DNA of 64,000 bases from an uncultured Methylophaga sp. (GTDB lineage: Bacteria; Pseudomonadota; Gammaproteobacteria; GCF-002020875): the NCBI GenBank assembly GCA_937877715.1, contig CALEHW010000054.1:982-64981 (forward strand), given 5' to 3'. Within the stretch, counting starts at the first letter, position 1, and each line of letters starts with the position of its first letter. A program made the translations under genes and the position numbers. Below, in pieces: positions 28,538 through 41,757 of this stretch. The notes under the pieces are model-generated. The model saw nothing but the letters and a program-made list of their open reading frames with translations, had not been told where the DNA came from and searched no databases.

Positions 28538-31500
28538 ATGTTGATTATTAAGGGTGGTCCGGCACTTTCCAGGTTCCGGCTGAAGAAGATGGAGACGCTG
28601 TTTTCCAGAGAGTTTCCTGTCATCAAGGGGGTTACAACCCAGTTGATCCATTTTGTCGATCTTCATCTATCACTGAGCAGTGAGAAGATGATGCTTCTGG
28701 AACAGTTGCTGGAGTATGGTCCCGCCCATGGTGAGACCCACCTCAGCGGCAGGAGATGGGTGGTGGTGCCGCGTCTGGGAACTATCTCCCCCTGGGCCAG
28801 CAAGGCAACCGATATCGTCAACAACTGTGGTCTTGATGAGATTCACCGTATTGAACGCGGGGTGGAGTGGGGGCTGGAGATTGATGGTGAGTTGAGTGGT
28901 GATGAGGAGGCTAGGCTCATCTCTATGATTCATGACCGGATGACAGAGACGGTGCTCAATGATGAGGCAGAGGCCGAGGCTCTTTTTACCACTGCACAGC
29001 CTGCACCAGTGGTTAGTGTGGATATCCTCGGTGGAGGCCATGCCGCACTGGAGATAGCTAATGATTCCATGGGGCTTGCTCTGGCTGCGGATGAGATTGA
29101 CTATCTTGTCGAAAATTTCCGTACCATGGGGCGTAACCCCAATGACGTGGAGCTGATGATGTTTGCCCAGGCAAACTCGGAGCACTGCCGCCACAAGATT
29201 TTTAATGCCGACTGGATTATTGATGGCGAATCTCGTGAGGAGACGCTATTTGGGATGATACGTGATACCCATCGCAGCAATCCGGAAGGGGTACTGTCTG
29301 CCTACAAGGACAATGCTGCGGTGATCGCTGGTTTCAGCGGGGGCCGTTTCTCTCCCCGGGGAGAGCGGGGCCGATACAGCGCCCTAGATGAGCAGATCGA
29401 TATTGTCTACAAGGCGGAGACCCACAACCATCCTACCGCTATCTCCCCGTTTCCCGGTGCTGCAACCGGTGCTGGTGGAGAGATTCGGGATGGGGGGGCC
29501 ACAGGACGGGGCTCCAAACCGAAGGCGGGACTTTCCGGTTACTCGGTCTCCAATCTGAGAATTCCCGGAGCTGAGCAGCCCTGGGAGCAGGATCATGGCA
29601 AGCCCTCGCGAATTGTCTCTGCACTCGACATCATGCTGGAGGCACCGATTGGTGCGGCCGCCTTCAATAATGAGTTTGGGCGTCCAGCCATTCACGGTTA
29701 CTTCCGTACCTTTGAGGAGAGGGTGCCTGGCCCTGAGGGTGATGAGGTGCGTGGATACCACAAGCCAATCATGCTTGCTGGCGGTATGGGTAATATCCGT
29801 CGCCCTGATGTGGAAAAAAATGAAATACCACCTGGCACCCAGATTGTTGTTCTGGGAGGCCCTGCGATGTTGATTGGCTTGGGTGGTGGGGCTGCCTCAT
29901 CCATGACCAGTGGTAGCAGCTCGGAAAATCTGGATTTTGCCTCGGTGCAGCGTGGTAATCCTGAGATGGAGCGTCGCTGTCAGGAGGTTATTGATCGCTG
30001 CTGGCAGATGGATGAGAACCCGATTGTCTCTATTCATGATGTGGGTGCAGGGGGGCTCTCCAATGCGGTTCCAGAGATTGTGAATGATTGTGGCCGTGGC
30101 GGCCGTTTTGAACTGCGTACAGTGCTCAATGATGAGCCTGGGATGTCACCGTTGGAGATATGGTGTAATGAGGCACAGGAGCGTTATATTCTCGCTATTG
30201 ATACCTCACGGATGGAGCAGTTCCGTGCTCTTTGTGAGCGTGAACGTTGTCCGTATGCGGTGATTGGTGAGGCTACCAAAGAGCAGAGGCTGGTGTTGGG
30301 GGACGGGCATTTTGACAATACCCCAATTGATCTGTCGATGGATGTGCTCTTCGGTAAACCTCCCAAGATGTTGCGGGAGGTTCAACACAAGCCATTTCAT
30401 AAGCCAGAGTTTGAGACTATCGGGATTGATCTGAGCGAGGCTATCAATCGAGTACTTCGGCTGCCTACAGTTGCCAACAAATCCTTTCTGGTAACCATTG
30501 GTGATCGTACAGTAACTGGACTGGTTGCACGTGATCAGATGGTGGGCCCTTGGCAGGTGCCGGTTGCTGATGTTGCAGTGACTGCAACAAGTTATGACAC
30601 CTACACGGGTGAGACTACCGCACTGGGTGAAGCCACCCCAACTGCACTGATTCACCCTGCCGCATCAGGTCGTATGGCTATTGGTGAGGCATTGACCAAT
30701 ATAGCAGCATCCAGAATCGAGTCACTGGACCAGGTCCGCTTCTCGGCCAACTGGATGGCACCGGCAGGTCACCCTGGAGAGGATGCTGCACTGTTTGATA
30801 CCGTAAAGGCGGTATCCGATCTCTGTCAGCAGCTCGATATCTCCATTCCGGTGGGCAAGGACTCCATGTCGATGAAGAGCGTCTGGGAGCAGGATGGGGA
30901 GCAGCGTTCTGTAACGGCACCACTCTCTCTGATCGCCTGCGCCTTTGCACCATCTGTTGATATTAGAAAGACCCTGACTCCGCAACTGATTACTGACGGT
31001 GGGGAGAGCGATTTGCTGTTGATTGATCTTGGTAAACAGGCAAACCGTATGGGTGGCTCCGCACTGGCTCAGGTCTATAAACAGGTTGGTCACCACCCCC
31101 CCGACCTGGATGACCCCCAGGCCATGAAAAACTTCTTTGGTCTGATCCAGTCGATGAATGAGGATGGAGAGATTCTTGCCTACCATGACCGTTCGGATGG
31201 TGGTCTCTTTACTGCACTGTGTGAGATGTCTTTTGCGGGCCATACAGGAATTTCCGTACTGATTGATGATCTTGGCAGCGATCCAATCTCTGCGCTCTTC
31301 AATGAGGAGCTGGGGGCAGTCATCCAGATACGCCATAGTGACTTGGAGATGGTAAATCAGAAGCTGCGCGAATTTGGTCTGTTTAGACATGCCCACGTTC
31401 TTGGAACTATTGTAGATGATGATCGAATCACCATACATAACCAGGGCGAAATCCTGGTCAGCGATTCTCGGACCGAGCTTCAGCGCATCTGGTCAGAGAC

Positions 31501-32410
31501 AAGTTGGCAGATGCAGCGCCTGCGTGACAACTCCGACTGTGCAGACCAGGAGTATGATCAGCTGTTGGATAGCGATGATCCAGGAATGGATGTCATAGTT
31601 CCGTTTGATTTGAATGAGGATATTGCAGCCCCCTATACCGGAAGTGGGATTCGACCATCTATGGCAATTCTGCGTGAGCAGGGTGTTAATGGTCAGGTAG
31701 AGATGGCCGCCGCCTTTGACCGTGCAGGGTTTGAATGTAGTGATATCCATATGAGTGACTTGCTGGAGGGACGAGTCGATCTGAACGATTTTCGCGGCAT
31801 AGTTGCCTGTGGTGGTTTCTCTTACGGTGATGTGCTGGGGGCAGGCGAGGGGTGGGCAAAATCTATTCTCTTCAATAGTCGTGTGCGGGATAGTTTTTCC
31901 CGGTTTTTTGAGCGTGAGGATACCTTCGGTCTTGGGGTCTGCAATGGTTGCCAGATGATGTCGGTCCTCCATGAGCTGATTCCTGGGGCAGAGCACTGGC
32001 CCCGTTTTGTGAGGAATCGCTCGGAGCAGTTTGAGGGACGGTTCTCGCTGGTTGAGGTGGTGGATTCACCATCCATATTTCTGCAGGGGATGGCCGGGGC
32101 AAGGATTCCGGTTGCAGTTGCGCACGGTGAGGGGCGCGTGGAGTTCTCTGGTGACCACAACAGTCAGGCACATCTTGCGCTACGCTATATTGATCATCAG
32201 GGCTCACCGACAGAGAGTTATCCTCTCAACCCGAATGGATCGGCACATGGGGAGACCGGTTATACAACTGATGATGGCCGCTTTACCATAATGATGCCCC
32301 ATCCTGAGCGTGTGTTCCGTACTGCTCAATACTCCTGGCATCCGGACGAGTGGGGAGAGGATGGCCCATGGATGCGGATGTTCCGTAATGCCCGGGTCTG
32401 GGCAGGCTGA
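28538..32410 (+). CDS. purL: Phosphoribosylformylglycinamidine synthase (large, fused type)
   Basis: [44 protein letters not shown]. Confidence 0.98.
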   Translation: MLIIKGGPALSRFRLKKMETLFSREFPVIKGVTTQLIHFVDLHLSLSSEKMMLLEQLLEYGPAHGETHLSGRRWVVVPRLGTISPWASKATDIVNNCGLDEIHRIERGVEWGLEIDGELSGDEEARLISMIHDRMTETVLNDEAEAEALFTTAQPAPVVSVDILGGGHAALEIANDSMGLALAADEIDYLVENFRTMGRNPNDVELMMFAQANSEHCRHKIFNADWIIDGESREETLFGMIRDTHRSNPEGVLSAYKDNAAVIAGFSGGRFSPRGERGRYSALDEQIDIVYKAETHNHPTAISPFPGAATGAGGEIRDGGATGRGSKPKAGLSGYSVSNLRIPGAEQPWEQDHGKPSRIVSALDIMLEAPIGAAAFNNEFGRPAIHGYFRTFEERVPGPEGDEVRGYHKPIMLAGGMGNIRRPDVEKNEIPPGTQIVVLGGPAMLIGLGGGAASSMTSGSSSENLDFASVQRGNPEMERRCQEVIDRCWQMDENPIVSIHDVGAGGLSNAVPEIVNDCGRGGRFELRTVLNDEPGMSPLEIWCNEAQERYILAIDTSRMEQFRALCERERCPYAVIGEATKEQRLVLGDGHFDNTPIDLSMDVLFGKPPKMLREVQHKPFHKPEFETIGIDLSEAINRVLRLPTVANKSFLVTIGDRTVTGLVARDQMVGPWQVPVADVAVTATSYDTYTGETTALGEATPTALIHPAASGRMAIGEALTNIAASRIESLDQVRFSANWMAPAGHPGEDAALFDTVKAVSDLCQQLDISIPVGKDSMSMKSVWEQDGEQRSVTAPLSLIACAFAPSVDIRKTLTPQLITDGGESDLLLIDLGKQANRMGGSALAQVYKQVGHHPPDLDDPQAMKNFFGLIQSMNEDGEILAYHDRSDGGLFTALCEMSFAGHTGISVLIDDLGSDPISALFNEELGAVIQIRHSDLEMVNQKLREFGLFRHAHVLGTIVDDDRITIHNQGEILVSDSRTELQRIWSETSWQMQRLRDNSDCADQEYDQLLDSDDPGMDVIVPFDLNEDIAAPYTGSGIRPSMAILREQGVNGQVEMAAAFDRAGFECSDIHMSDLLEGRVDLNDFRGIVACGGFSYGDVLGAGEGWAKSILFNSRVRDSFSRFFEREDTFGLGVCNGCQMMSVLHELIPGAEHWPRFVRNRSEQFEGRFSLVEVVDSPSIFLQGMAGARIPVAVAHGEGRVEFSGDHNSQAHLALRYIDHQGSPTESYPLNPNGSAHGETGYTTDDGRFTIMMPHPERVFRTAQYSWHPDEWGEDGPWMRMFRNARVWAG

Positions 32411-32493
32411 TTTTGTCTTCTATTGCCAGAGCTGTTCCATATTCATGGAGTGAGAGATAAAATACGCACTCTGGTATCTGGAGTATATAAAAA

Positions 32494-33561
32494 ATGACGA
32501 TTCACAATACAGATGATCTTCGTATCAGGGGGATGCAGGAAGTTGCTGCGCCCGAGGAGGTTCATCGTCAGCACCAGATCACCGAGAAGGCGTCGCAAAC
32601 AGTCTGGGAGACACGAGGCGCCATCCACAATATTCTCCAAGGAGAAGATGATCGGCTGGTAGTTGTGGTTGGTCCCTGCTCCATCCACGATGTCGAGGCG
32701 GCCAGAGAGTATGCCGATCGACTGAACGTGATAGGTAAACGACTCAGTGGAGAGATGGTGGTGGTGATGCGAGTCTACTTCGAGAAACCACGTACCCGTG
32801 TTGGCTGGAAGGGTCTGATTAACGACCCTGACCTGGATCAGAGCTTCAATATCAACAAAGGCATCTGCGTGGCGCGCGAGGTACTACTGGAGATCAATGG
32901 TCTGGGCATACCTGCGGCAACAGAGTTCCTTGATCTGATTACCCCTCAATATGTGGCGGATCTTATCAGCTGGGGAGCTATCGGTGCCCGTACCACAGAG
33001 AGCCAGGTCCATCGGGAGTTGGCCTCCGGACTCTCATGCCCGGTTGGCTTCAAGAATGGCACTGATGGTAAACTGCAGATTGCAATTGATGGAATCTGGG
33101 CAGCATCGCAGCCACATCACTTTCTGTCCGTTACCAAACAGGGGCACTCAGCAATCTTCTCTACCAATGGTAACGAGGATTGTCATGTGATTCTGCGAGG
33201 GGGTGATGATCGCCCAAATTATGATGCAGAAAGTGTGCAGGATGCAGTTATCAATCTATTGCAGGCAAAACAGAATCCACGACTGATGATCGATCTCAGC
33301 CATGCAAACAGCCGCAAGGACTATAGGCGACAGATTGATGTCGGCAGTGATGTTGCGCATCAGATCAGACATGGTGGTGACAACATTATGGGGGTGATGA
33401 TCGAGAGCCATCTGGTTGAGGGGCGTCAGGATATCCGCGAAGGTGAGGAGCTGGTCTATGGCCAGAGTGTCACCGATGGCTGTATCGGATGGGGGGCAAC
33501 GGTTGAGTTGCTTGAGGAGTTTGCAGAGGCGGTACGTCAGCGTCGCACCTCAGCTTCCTGA
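32494..33561 (+). CDS. DAHP synthase, class I-alpha (AroF/G/H type)
   Basis: GPCSIHD, RVYFEKPRT.VGWKGLIND, IGARTTESQVHR; isozyme not assignable. Confidence 0.95.
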   Translation: MTIHNTDDLRIRGMQEVAAPEEVHRQHQITEKASQTVWETRGAIHNILQGEDDRLVVVVGPCSIHDVEAAREYADRLNVIGKRLSGEMVVVMRVYFEKPRTRVGWKGLINDPDLDQSFNINKGICVAREVLLEINGLGIPAATEFLDLITPQYVADLISWGAIGARTTESQVHRELASGLSCPVGFKNGTDGKLQIAIDGIWAASQPHHFLSVTKQGHSAIFSTNGNEDCHVILRGGDDRPNYDAESVQDAVINLLQAKQNPRLMIDLSHANSRKDYRRQIDVGSDVAHQIRHGGDNIMGVMIESHLVEGRQDIREGEELVYGQSVTDGCIGWGATVELLEEFAEAVRQRRTSAS

Positions 33562-33582
33562 TGATTCTCTGATGACATCGTT

Positions 33583-33816
33583 ATGGTGAGCAAGATTCTG
33601 ATTATGCTGGTACGTTGGTACCAGATCATATTTAGTCCGTGGATCGGGCAGAGTTGTCGCTTTAACCCTACCTGTTCAAGCTATGCAATCGGTGCCCTGC
33701 GTGAATATGGGGCACTTAAGGGGAGCTGGATGGCAATACGCAGGATAGGGCGTTGTCACCCTTGGCATGAGGGGGGGGAGGATCCAGTCCCACCAAAAGA
33801 TGGTGGCCAGTTGTAA
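33583..33816 (+). CDS. yidD: Membrane protein insertion efficiency factor
   Basis: CRFNPTCSSYA and RRIGRCHPW..GG.DPVP. Confidence 0.92.
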   Translation: MVSKILIMLVRWYQIIFSPWIGQSCRFNPTCSSYAIGALREYGALKGSWMAIRRIGRCHPWHEGGEDPVPPKDGGQL

Positions 33817-33827
33817 TCCGGTGTCCT

Positions 33828-34397
33828 CTATCTGGATCTGGAGATAAACTTCCCGGTTCCAGTGTGTATTTTGATCTCTTCTCCGCTCTCCAGATATTCT
33901 GGTACCTGCACCTCAATTCCTGTGGAGAGCTGTGCTGGTTTGGTGCGCCCAGTGGCGGTCGCCCCCTTGATTCCAGGAGAGGTTTCGGTGATTGTCAGGG
34001 TGACGGTTTGAGGTAGCTCAACCCCTAGTACCTTGTCATCAGAGAGCAGTATGGTAATCCCCTCCAGCCCCTCGACAAGATAGCCAGACTGTTCAGATAG
34101 ATCCTCGGCGCCGACCTCATATTGAGAGTAGTCCTCCTGATCCATGAATACATAATTTTCACCATCACTGTATGAGTATTGGGCTTGTCGTTTCAGGCAG
34201 TCGGCCTCTCTCAGCAGGTCATCTCCCTTGAATGAGTCATCTAGTTTCTGTCCGCTCTGCAGATTGGTGAAGCGTATCTTGTAGAGGGTGGAGGCACCAC
34301 GAGAGGATGGGCTTTTTGCCTCAACGGTTTTTACCGCATGTGGCGTACCATTGATCTCCACTATCATTCCACGTTTTAGTTCTGATGCTTTCGGCAT
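33828..34397 (-). CDS. efpL: Elongation factor P-like protein (YeiP/EfpL)
   Basis: MPKASELKRG, loop SPSSRGASTLYK with Arg tip, VQVPEY. Confidence 0.9.
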   Translation of the reverse strand: MPKASELKRGMIVEINGTPHAVKTVEAKSPSSRGASTLYKIRFTNLQSGQKLDDSFKGDDLLREADCLKRQAQYSYSDGENYVFMDQEDYSQYEVGAEDLSEQSGYLVEGLEGITILLSDDKVLGVELPQTVTLTITETSPGIKGATATGRTKPAQLSTGIEVQVPEYLESGEEIKIHTGTGKFISRSR

Positions 34398-34455
34398 AAA
34401 TATTTCCTGTTATCTGTGCATCAGGAATCACCTGAGACAATATATGTTATGCGGG

Positions 34456-36123
34456 CTATTTTGATATCGGACGATATTTGATCTTGTGCGGCTGGTATGC
34501 ATCGGCACCCAATCGTCGTTTCCGATCCTGTTCATAATCTGCATAGTTCCCCTCAAACCAGACCACCTTGCTGTCACCCTCAAAGGCAAGCATGTGGGTA
34601 GCAATGCGGTCGAGGAACCAGCGATCATGCGAGATCACCACAGCACACCCGGGGAATGCCAGTAGTGCCTCCTCCAGTGCACGCAGGGTCTCCACATCAA
34701 GATCATTGGTGGGCTCATCAAGCAGCAGTACGTTGCCACCACTCTGAAGCAATTTTGCCAGATGGACACGGTTGCGTTCACCACCGGAGAGGTCACCAAC
34801 CCGCTTCTGCTGATCACCTCCACGGAAGTTGAAATGGGAGACGTAGGCACGGGAGTTGGTCTCGTAGCCACCAATGCGCAGGATCTCCTGACCACCGGAG
34901 ATCGCCTCCCATACGGTCTGTTTAGGGTCGAGCTCATCACGGCTCTGGTCAACATGAGAGAGTTTTACAGTCTCACCAATGTTGACCTCTCCAGAGTCCG
35001 GCTGTTCATCTCCAGTCAACATTCTAAAGAGGGTGGTTTTACCTGCACCATTTGGGCCGATAATTCCGACAATACCGCCTGGAGGAAGATTGAAGTTAAG
35101 GTCATCAACCAGCAGACGATCACTGAAGCCCTTGCTGATGCCGGCCCCTTCTATTACTAGGTCACCCAGTCGGGGGCCCGGTGGAATATAGATCTCATGA
35201 GTCTCATTGCGGGCCTGGGTGTCGTGCGAGGAGAGCTCATCAAAGCGGGCTATTCGTGCCTTGCTCTTGGCATGGCGTCCCTTGGGGTTGGAGCGGATCC
35301 ACTCCAGCTCCTCCTTCATGCTCTTCTGGCGGGCACTCTCCTGCTTCTCCTCCATCTGTAGACGGTTCTGTTTCTGCTCCAGCCAGGAGGAGTAGTTTCC
35401 CTCCCAGGGAATGCCGCGTCCGCGATCCAGCTCCAGGATCCATCCGGCCACATTATCTAGGAAGTAGCGATCATGAGTGATAGCGACCACAGTTCCCGGG
35501 AAGTCATGGAGAAAACGCTCCAGCCAGGCGATTGACTCTGCATCAAGGTGGTTGGTGGGTTCATCCAGTAGCAACATATCCGGGTTGGATAGAAGCAGGC
35601 GACAGAGGGCAACCCGACGTATCTCTCCACCGGAGAGCTTGGTGACATCGGCGTCCCACGGGGGGAGGCGCAGGGCGTCGGCCGCCATCTCCAGTTTGCG
35701 GTCAAGCTCCCAGGCGCCTGCAGAGTCTATCTTGTCCTGTAGTTCAGCCTGTTCTGGCAGCAGGGTATCGAAATCAGCATCTGGTTCGGCAAATGCGGCA
35801 CTCACCTCATTGAATCGATCTACCAGTGCCTTGGTGGCAGCGACCCCCTCCTCGACATTCCCACGTACATCCTTTGCGGGATCAAGTTGGGGCTCCTGAG
35901 GGAGATAACCGATATTGATCCCTGCCTGTGGTCTGGCCTCACCCTCGATCTCGGAGTCGAGTCCAGCCATAATTTTGAGCAGGGTTGATTTACCGGAGCC
36001 GTTTAGACCGAGCACGCCGATTTTGGCGCCAGGAAAAAACGAGAGCGAGATATCTTTCAGAATTTCCCGTCCGCCCGGCACAATCTTGCCGACACGGTTC
36101 ATGGTATAGATAAATTGAGCCAT
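34456..36123 (-). CDS. ettA: Energy-dependent translational throttle ABC-F protein
   Basis: [24 protein letters not shown]; two ABC domains. Confidence 0.96.
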   Translation of the reverse strand: MAQFIYTMNRVGKIVPGGREILKDISLSFFPGAKIGVLGLNGSGKSTLLKIMAGLDSEIEGEARPQAGINIGYLPQEPQLDPAKDVRGNVEEGVAATKALVDRFNEVSAAFAEPDADFDTLLPEQAELQDKIDSAGAWELDRKLEMAADALRLPPWDADVTKLSGGEIRRVALCRLLLSNPDMLLLDEPTNHLDAESIAWLERFLHDFPGTVVAITHDRYFLDNVAGWILELDRGRGIPWEGNYSSWLEQKQNRLQMEEKQESARQKSMKEELEWIRSNPKGRHAKSKARIARFDELSSHDTQARNETHEIYIPPGPRLGDLVIEGAGISKGFSDRLLVDDLNFNLPPGGIVGIIGPNGAGKTTLFRMLTGDEQPDSGEVNIGETVKLSHVDQSRDELDPKQTVWEAISGGQEILRIGGYETNSRAYVSHFNFRGGDQQKRVGDLSGGERNRVHLAKLLQSGGNVLLLDEPTNDLDVETLRALEEALLAFPGCAVVISHDRWFLDRIATHMLAFEGDSKVVWFEGNYADYEQDRKRRLGADAYQPHKIKYRPISK

Positions 36124-36437
36124 TTGGGGCCTGTCCTTATGAATGAACTTGTGAGACGTGCAATAGCTACGAGTAATACCGAATGCTCGTAGTGTTATGG
36201 AATCAACAAAGGCGCGTAGTATACCGAATTGGCCGTGGAAAGAGTGCACGTCCTTGTGCAGCTGTCATCCGTGAAACCTGAATAGCGTTAACTTGATAAG
36301 TATATCATGTAATACTGAAATAACCAACCATTGTCTATGCAAACATTCATATTTTTAGGAGTACCCTGAGGAAATGTGGACAACTTGATGTGGTAAAATG
36401 CGCGACTGTATTAACCATTTGGATAGAGGATTGGTAG

Positions 36438-37691
36438 ATGTTTTCAAAGGATATGACCATTGCAGGATTTGATGATGAGCTCTGGGGCGCGATGCAGGAT
36501 GAGGAGCGCAGGCAGGAGGATCATATAGAGCTTATCGCCTCGGAGAACTACACTAGTCCTCGGGTTATGGAGGCGCAGGGGTCTCAATTGACCAACAAGT
36601 ATGCGGAGGGTTATCCGGGAAAACGCTACTACGGCGGGTGCGAGTATGTCGACATTGCTGAGCAGCTGGCGATTAATCGTGCCAAGGAGCTCTTTGGTGC
36701 CGACTATGCCAATGTACAGCCACACTCCGGATCACAGGCCAATTCTGCTGTCTATCAGGCACTCTGTCTGCCGGGAGACACTATTCTCGGCATGAGTCTC
36801 GATGCAGGTGGACATCTCACTCACGGAGCAAAGCCGAATTTTTCTGGCAAGATCTACAACGCGGTTCAGTATGGCCTTAATAATGAGACCGGAGTGCTCG
36901 ACTATGAGGAGATGGAGTCACTGGCTCGTGAGCACAAGCCCAAAATGATTGTAGCCGGCTTCTCTGCTTACTCCAGAGAGGTGGATTGGGACCGTTTTCG
37001 CAAGATTGCAGATGAGGTTGGGGCCTGGCTGTTTGTCGATATGGCACATGTTGCGGGGCTGATTGCTGTAGGTGAGTACCCAAGTCCAGTGCAGATTGCA
37101 GATGTAATCACCACCACAACTCACAAGACCTTGCGGGGACCACGTGGCGGAATTATTCTTGCCAAGTCCAATCCGGAGCTTGAGAAGAAGCTCAACTCCT
37201 TGGTCTTTCCTGGTACCCAGGGTGGACCACTGATGCATGTGATTGCAGCCAAGGCGGTCGCTTTCAAGGAGGCGCTGGAGCCATCCTTCAAGAGTTATCA
37301 GCACCAGGTCAAGGTGAATGCACAGGCGATGGCACAGCTATTCCTTGATCGCGGCTATGATGTGGTGTCTGGCGGTACTGACAACCATCTATTCCTGGTT
37401 GATCTGATCAGCAAGGGAATTACCGGCAAGGCAGCTGATGCTGCACTTGGCGCCTCCAATATCACTGTCAACAAAAATGCAGTTCCCAATGATCCACAAT
37501 CACCATTTGTGACTAGTGGTATTCGCGTAGGCACTCCTGCAATTACCACTCGCGGGTTTGGCGAGAGCGAGTCCACAGAGCTGGCTGGCTGGATGTGTGA
37601 TGTAATGGACGATGTGGAGAACCAGGATACTATTGAAAGCGTAAAGCAGAAAGTGCTGGAGCTCTGTGCCCGTTTTCCTGTATACAGATAG
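36438..37691 (+). CDS. glyA: Serine hydroxymethyltransferase
   Basis: [29 protein letters not shown]. Confidence 0.98.
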   Translation: MFSKDMTIAGFDDELWGAMQDEERRQEDHIELIASENYTSPRVMEAQGSQLTNKYAEGYPGKRYYGGCEYVDIAEQLAINRAKELFGADYANVQPHSGSQANSAVYQALCLPGDTILGMSLDAGGHLTHGAKPNFSGKIYNAVQYGLNNETGVLDYEEMESLAREHKPKMIVAGFSAYSREVDWDRFRKIADEVGAWLFVDMAHVAGLIAVGEYPSPVQIADVITTTTHKTLRGPRGGIILAKSNPELEKKLNSLVFPGTQGGPLMHVIAAKAVAFKEALEPSFKSYQHQVKVNAQAMAQLFLDRGYDVVSGGTDNHLFLVDLISKGITGKAADAALGASNITVNKNAVPNDPQSPFVTSGIRVGTPAITTRGFGESESTELAGWMCDVMDDVENQDTIESVKQKVLELCARFPVYR

Positions 37692-37728
37692 AGAAGCGAT
37701 AGTGATGTTCACCCTGGGAGGGTAGAAG

Positions 37729-38280
37729 ATGCGGTGTCCGTTTTGTGGGGCAGAAGATACTCGTGTAGTTGACTCTCGACTGGTTGGAGAGGGCGATCAG
37801 GTGCGCAGACGGCGTGAGTGCCAGGCTTGCAGTGAGCGCTTTACAACCTTCGAGATTGTAGATCTTGCTACTCCAAGAATCATAAAAAGTGATGGTAATC
37901 GTCAACCCTTTGATGAGGAGCGGTTGCGCAGGGGATTTCTGCGTGCACTGGAAAAACGCCCGGTAGAGACTGAGAGCATAGATGCCGCCATAGAGCGTAT
38001 CCGTCACCGCCTGATTACCAGGGGGGAGCGTGAGGTTCCATCTCGTGAGCTAGGGGAGTGGGTGATGGAAGAGCTGCGTAATCTGGATGAGGTGGGGTAC
38101 ATCCGTTTTGCCTCTGTCTATCGCAGCTTTCAGGATGTCAACGCCTTCCGGGAGATGGTGGAGCGAATGGAGCATGAAACCCAATTAGGTCAGAATGATC
38201 TCCAACTGCAGCTGCTTACCGGAAAAAACCGAGATCCGTTAAGCCTGGATGCAGAGCAGAAGAGTGGTAAAAAGAGATGA
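37729..38280 (+). CDS. nrdR: Transcriptional repressor NrdR
   Basis: [28 protein letters not shown]. Confidence 0.97.
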   Translation: MRCPFCGAEDTRVVDSRLVGEGDQVRRRRECQACSERFTTFEIVDLATPRIIKSDGNRQPFDEERLRRGFLRALEKRPVETESIDAAIERIRHRLITRGEREVPSRELGEWVMEELRNLDEVGYIRFASVYRSFQDVNAFREMVERMEHETQLGQNDLQLQLLTGKNRDPLSLDAEQKSGKKR

Positions 38281-39392
38281 GTGGGGACCCCATCTTCAGC
38301 TCTGATGACCATCTCTGGATGGCTCGGGCCCATCGCCTTGCAGGGCGCGGGCTCTTTACCACCGATCCAAATCCCAGAGTGGGGTGTGTTCTGGTCAAGA
38401 GTGGGGCTGTTGTGGGAGAGGGGTTTCATGAATATGCTGGTGGGCCGCATGCGGAGATCAATGCCCTCAATGCGGCGGGTGAGTCTGCCCGTGGGGCAAC
38501 TGCATATGTAACCCTGGAGCCATGTAGCCATTTCGGCAAGACCCCACCATGTAGTAATGCCTTGATAGAGGCAGGTGTTGCGCGTGTTGTGGTTGCATTG
38601 GAGGACCCCAATCCAGAGGTATCCGGCAGTGGAACAGAGAAGATCCGCCAGGCGGGAATCGAGGTGCAGAGCGGCTTGATGTCTGAGGGAACCGAGCAGG
38701 CAAATCCAGGCTTCCTCTCACGTATGCGCAGTGGCCGCCCCTATCTCCGCCTGAAGATGGCGATGAGCCTGGATGGCCGTACTGCGATGTCATCTGGAGA
38801 GAGCCAATGGATTACCGGACCGCCCGCCCGTATGGATGTGCAACATCTGCGTGCTCGTAGTTCGGCTATTCTTACCGGTATTGGGACTGTTTTGGCAGAT
38901 GACCCATCTCTCAATGTGCGTGATATTGATGAGCTATTCGGGCAGCCACTACGAGTAATAGTGGATCCGGATGGTAAGACACCATCATCGGCCAAGTTCT
39001 TCTCCATCGAGGGGGAGATACTTATGGCGACTGCCACAGATTGCGCTATCCCTGCAGGATGGAGTGACCATGAAGGTGTAGAGATCATTCAGTTGGATCG
39101 TTCCGGCTCGGGCCTCGATCTCCATCAATTGATTGGAGAGTTGGCAGAGCGAGAGGTTAATGAGATCCATGTGGAGAGTGGCGCAACCCTTGCGGGTGCA
39201 CTACTGCAGCAGAAATTGGTGGATGAAATTATCATATATACGGCACCGATCCTGATGGGGAGCAATGCACGCCCCCTGTTTGAGCTTCCGATCGAGAAGA
39301 TGAGCAGGAAAATCCCCCTGAAAATTGAGGATATTCGCATGGTTGGAGATGATCTCAGAATGACTATCAAGCCTCAATTCGTGTATCCTTAG
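38277..39392 (+). CDS. ribD: Riboflavin biosynthesis deaminase/reductase
   Basis: PNPRVGC, HAE, LEPCSH..TPPC, SLDGRTA. Confidence 0.96.
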   Translation: MSGDPIFSSDDHLWMARAHRLAGRGLFTTDPNPRVGCVLVKSGAVVGEGFHEYAGGPHAEINALNAAGESARGATAYVTLEPCSHFGKTPPCSNALIEAGVARVVVALEDPNPEVSGSGTEKIRQAGIEVQSGLMSEGTEQANPGFLSRMRSGRPYLRLKMAMSLDGRTAMSSGESQWITGPPARMDVQHLRARSSAILTGIGTVLADDPSLNVRDIDELFGQPLRVIVDPDGKTPSSAKFFSIEGEILMATATDCAIPAGWSDHEGVEIIQLDRSGSGLDLHQLIGELAEREVNEIHVESGATLAGALLQQKLVDEIIIYTAPILMGSNARPLFELPIEKMSRKIPLKIEDIRMVGDDLRMTIKPQFVYP

Positions 39393-39397
39393 CGGTT

Positions 39398-40060
39398 ATG
39401 TTTACAGGAATTATTGAGTCGGTGGGGCGTATCTCACGCCTCGAGCCAAAAGGAAGTGATGCCCGTATCTTTGTTGAGACCGGCAAACTTGATTTGGGAG
39501 ATGTCCAGCTTGGAGATAGTATTGCGGTTAATGGGGTATGTCTGACTGCTGTTGAGCTTCTAGGAAATGGTTTTGTTGCGGATGTCTCAGGGGAGACACT
39601 GTCACGCACAGCATTTTCTCAACTGAAGGCGGGATCTGCGGTCAATCTAGAGAAGGCCCTGACCCCAACTACACGGCTGGGTGGCCATATGGTTAGTGGT
39701 CATGTAGATGGTGTTGGTGAGGTAAAGAGTCGTTCCGAGGACGGACGTTCGGTCCACTTTAGAATCCAGGCTCCGGATGAGTTGGCTCGTTACATAGCAG
39801 AGAAAGGTTCCATTACTGTAGATGGAATAAGTTTGACTGTAAATGGTGTTGATGGAGCGATATTTGATCTCAACATTGTTCCACACACACTGTTGGAGAC
39901 CACCATGGAGAGCTTTCAGGTGGGTACCAGGGTTAACCTGGAGGTTGATCTGATTGCACGTTATCTGGAGCGGATGGTGCTTGGTGATCGTGCAGCAGAA
40001 CCTGGGGTAGAGGGAATCAGTATGGATTTTCTTGCGGAGCATGGATTTTTGGGAAAATAA
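39398..40060 (+). CDS. ribE: Riboflavin synthase (alpha chain)
   Basis: MFTGII, GDSIAVNGVCLT, GGHMVSGHVD, KGSITVDGISLT. Confidence 0.96.
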   Translation: MFTGIIESVGRISRLEPKGSDARIFVETGKLDLGDVQLGDSIAVNGVCLTAVELLGNGFVADVSGETLSRTAFSQLKAGSAVNLEKALTPTTRLGGHMVSGHVDGVGEVKSRSEDGRSVHFRIQAPDELARYIAEKGSITVDGISLTVNGVDGAIFDLNIVPHTLLETTMESFQVGTRVNLEVDLIARYLERMVLGDRAAEPGVEGISMDFLAEHGFLGK

Positions 40061-40094
40061 TGTTGAACAGTTATATAGCGAGTGGAACAAGATC

Positions 40095-41201
40095 ATGGAA
40101 CTGAATAGTCCAGAAGAGATTATTGAAGATATTAGTCAGGGCAAAATGGTTGTGCTGATGGATGATGAAGATCGTGAGAATGAGGGTGATCTGATCATGG
40201 CTGCAGCCAAGGCAACTGCAGAAGATATCAATTTTATGGCCCGCTATGGGCGTGGCCTTATTTGTCTGACCCTGACCCGTAACCGCTGTGAGCAGCTAGA
40301 ACTGCCGCTGATGGTTAGGGGAACAAATAGTGACCTTCATGGTACCAACTTTACGGTCTCTATCGAGGCTGCCAAAGGGGTTACCACTGGAATTTCGGCG
40401 GCAGATCGTGCGGTGACCGTACAGGCTGCAACAGCAGTAGATGCAACAGCAGATGATATCGTAATGCCAGGACATGTGTTTCCGCTGATGGCACAGCCTG
40501 GTGGGGTATTAACGCGGGCGGGACATACCGAGGCTGGATGTGATCTGGCAAGATTGGCAGGCCTTGAACCATCATCGGTAATTGTAGAGATCCTAAATGA
40601 TGATGGAAGTATGGCGCGTCGCCCTGATCTTGAGGTGTTTGCCCAGGAGCACGGGCTAAAGCTGGGAACAGTAGCAGATCTAATCGAGCACAGAATCCGC
40701 AATGAAAAGACGGTTGAGGCTGAGGCCGAGAGTGACCTGGATACCAAATATGGCCCGTTCCATATCAAGGCCTATCGTGAGTCGATTGATGGTGAGGTTC
40801 ATCTTGCCCTAGTGAAGGGAGAGGTTGATCCAGAGACCCCAATCCTTGTTCGTGTCCATATGCTCGACACCTTGTGTGACCTCTTTACAGTGGCAGGAGA
40901 GGGTTGTGGGCATGCCCTGGAGCGTGACATGAACCGGATTGCTGAGGAGGAAAATGGTGTTCTGCTTCTGCTTCGCAAGGAGGAGGATGGTCGTGACTTG
41001 ATAGAGCGCATCAGGAACCATCAACAGGGAACTAAGTCATCTCCGGCACAGCAACAGGTTGGCGAGTTGCGTGATTTTGGTGTTGGTGCACAGATCTTGC
41101 TGGACCTTGGGGTAAGAAAAATGCGTGTTCTTGGGACTCCCAAGAAGCTCCATGCACTGTCAGGATTTGGACTTGAGCTGGTTGAGACTGTATCTTATTA
41201 A
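40095..41201 (+). CDS. ribB: DHBP synthase fused to a degenerate GTP cyclohydrolase II domain (RibBX type)
   Basis: [24 protein letters not shown]; C-terminal domain lacks the HSEC..CDC zinc motif. Confidence 0.9.
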   Translation: MELNSPEEIIEDISQGKMVVLMDDEDRENEGDLIMAAAKATAEDINFMARYGRGLICLTLTRNRCEQLELPLMVRGTNSDLHGTNFTVSIEAAKGVTTGISAADRAVTVQAATAVDATADDIVMPGHVFPLMAQPGGVLTRAGHTEAGCDLARLAGLEPSSVIVEILNDDGSMARRPDLEVFAQEHGLKLGTVADLIEHRIRNEKTVEAEAESDLDTKYGPFHIKAYRESIDGEVHLALVKGEVDPETPILVRVHMLDTLCDLFTVAGEGCGHALERDMNRIAEEENGVLLLLRKEEDGRDLIERIRNHQQGTKSSPAQQQVGELRDFGVGAQILLDLGVRKMRVLGTPKKLHALSGFGLELVETVSY

Positions 41202-41270
41202 TATATTGGCCTAACTGTACCGGGCCAGATAATGCCATTGGGCGAAAAATTGGAAGAAAGAGGAAGAAAT

Positions 41271-41741
41271 ATGAACAACAACGTAAAAGTGACTGAGGCA
41301 AATCTCAATGTAGAGGGGGGGCGTTTTGGTATTGTGGTTGCCCGTTTTAACAGCTTTGTTGTGGAGAGCTTGCTGGATGGGGCGATTGATACCCTGGTGC
41401 GCAATGGTGCCAATGAGACAGACATACATGTGGTACGTGTCCCTGGAGCCTTTGAGATGCCAATCGCAGCACAACGGATGGCGAAAGGTGATTATGACGC
41501 TATTATTGCCATTGGTGCGGTAATTCGTGGCGGTACCCCCCACTTTGACTTTGTTGCTGGTGAGGCAACCAAGGGGCTGGCTATGGTATCTCTGGACAGC
41601 TCTGTTCCCATCACCTTCGGACTGCTGACTGTTGACACCATTGAGCAGGCGATCGAGCGCTCTGGAACCAAGGCTGGCAACAAGGGTGCAGAGGCCGCGA
41701 TTTCAGCAATCGAGATGGTTAATCTGCTGAAGCAGCTGTAG
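41271..41741 (+). CDS. ribH: Lumazine synthase
   Basis: [26 protein letters not shown]. Confidence 0.97.
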   Translation: MNNNVKVTEANLNVEGGRFGIVVARFNSFVVESLLDGAIDTLVRNGANETDIHVVRVPGAFEMPIAAQRMAKGDYDAIIAIGAVIRGGTPHFDFVAGEATKGLAMVSLDSSVPITFGLLTVDTIEQAIERSGTKAGNKGAEAAISAIEMVNLLKQL

Positions 41742-41757
41742 TCAGACGCCAGAATTT

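Noticed and set aside
36167-36177. 11-bp match CTACGAGTAAT to 53731-53741 (inverted)
   Set aside because: Matches of this length are expected by chance in 64 kb
36124-36437. ZTP riboswitch upstream of glyA
   Set aside because: No GACTGGCG/CGCCTGGG-type consensus seen; only a CTACGAG/CTCGTAG hairpin and promoter-like boxes
37692-41270. FMN riboswitch in the rib operon
   Set aside because: Intergenic gaps are too short and no RFN consensus was seen
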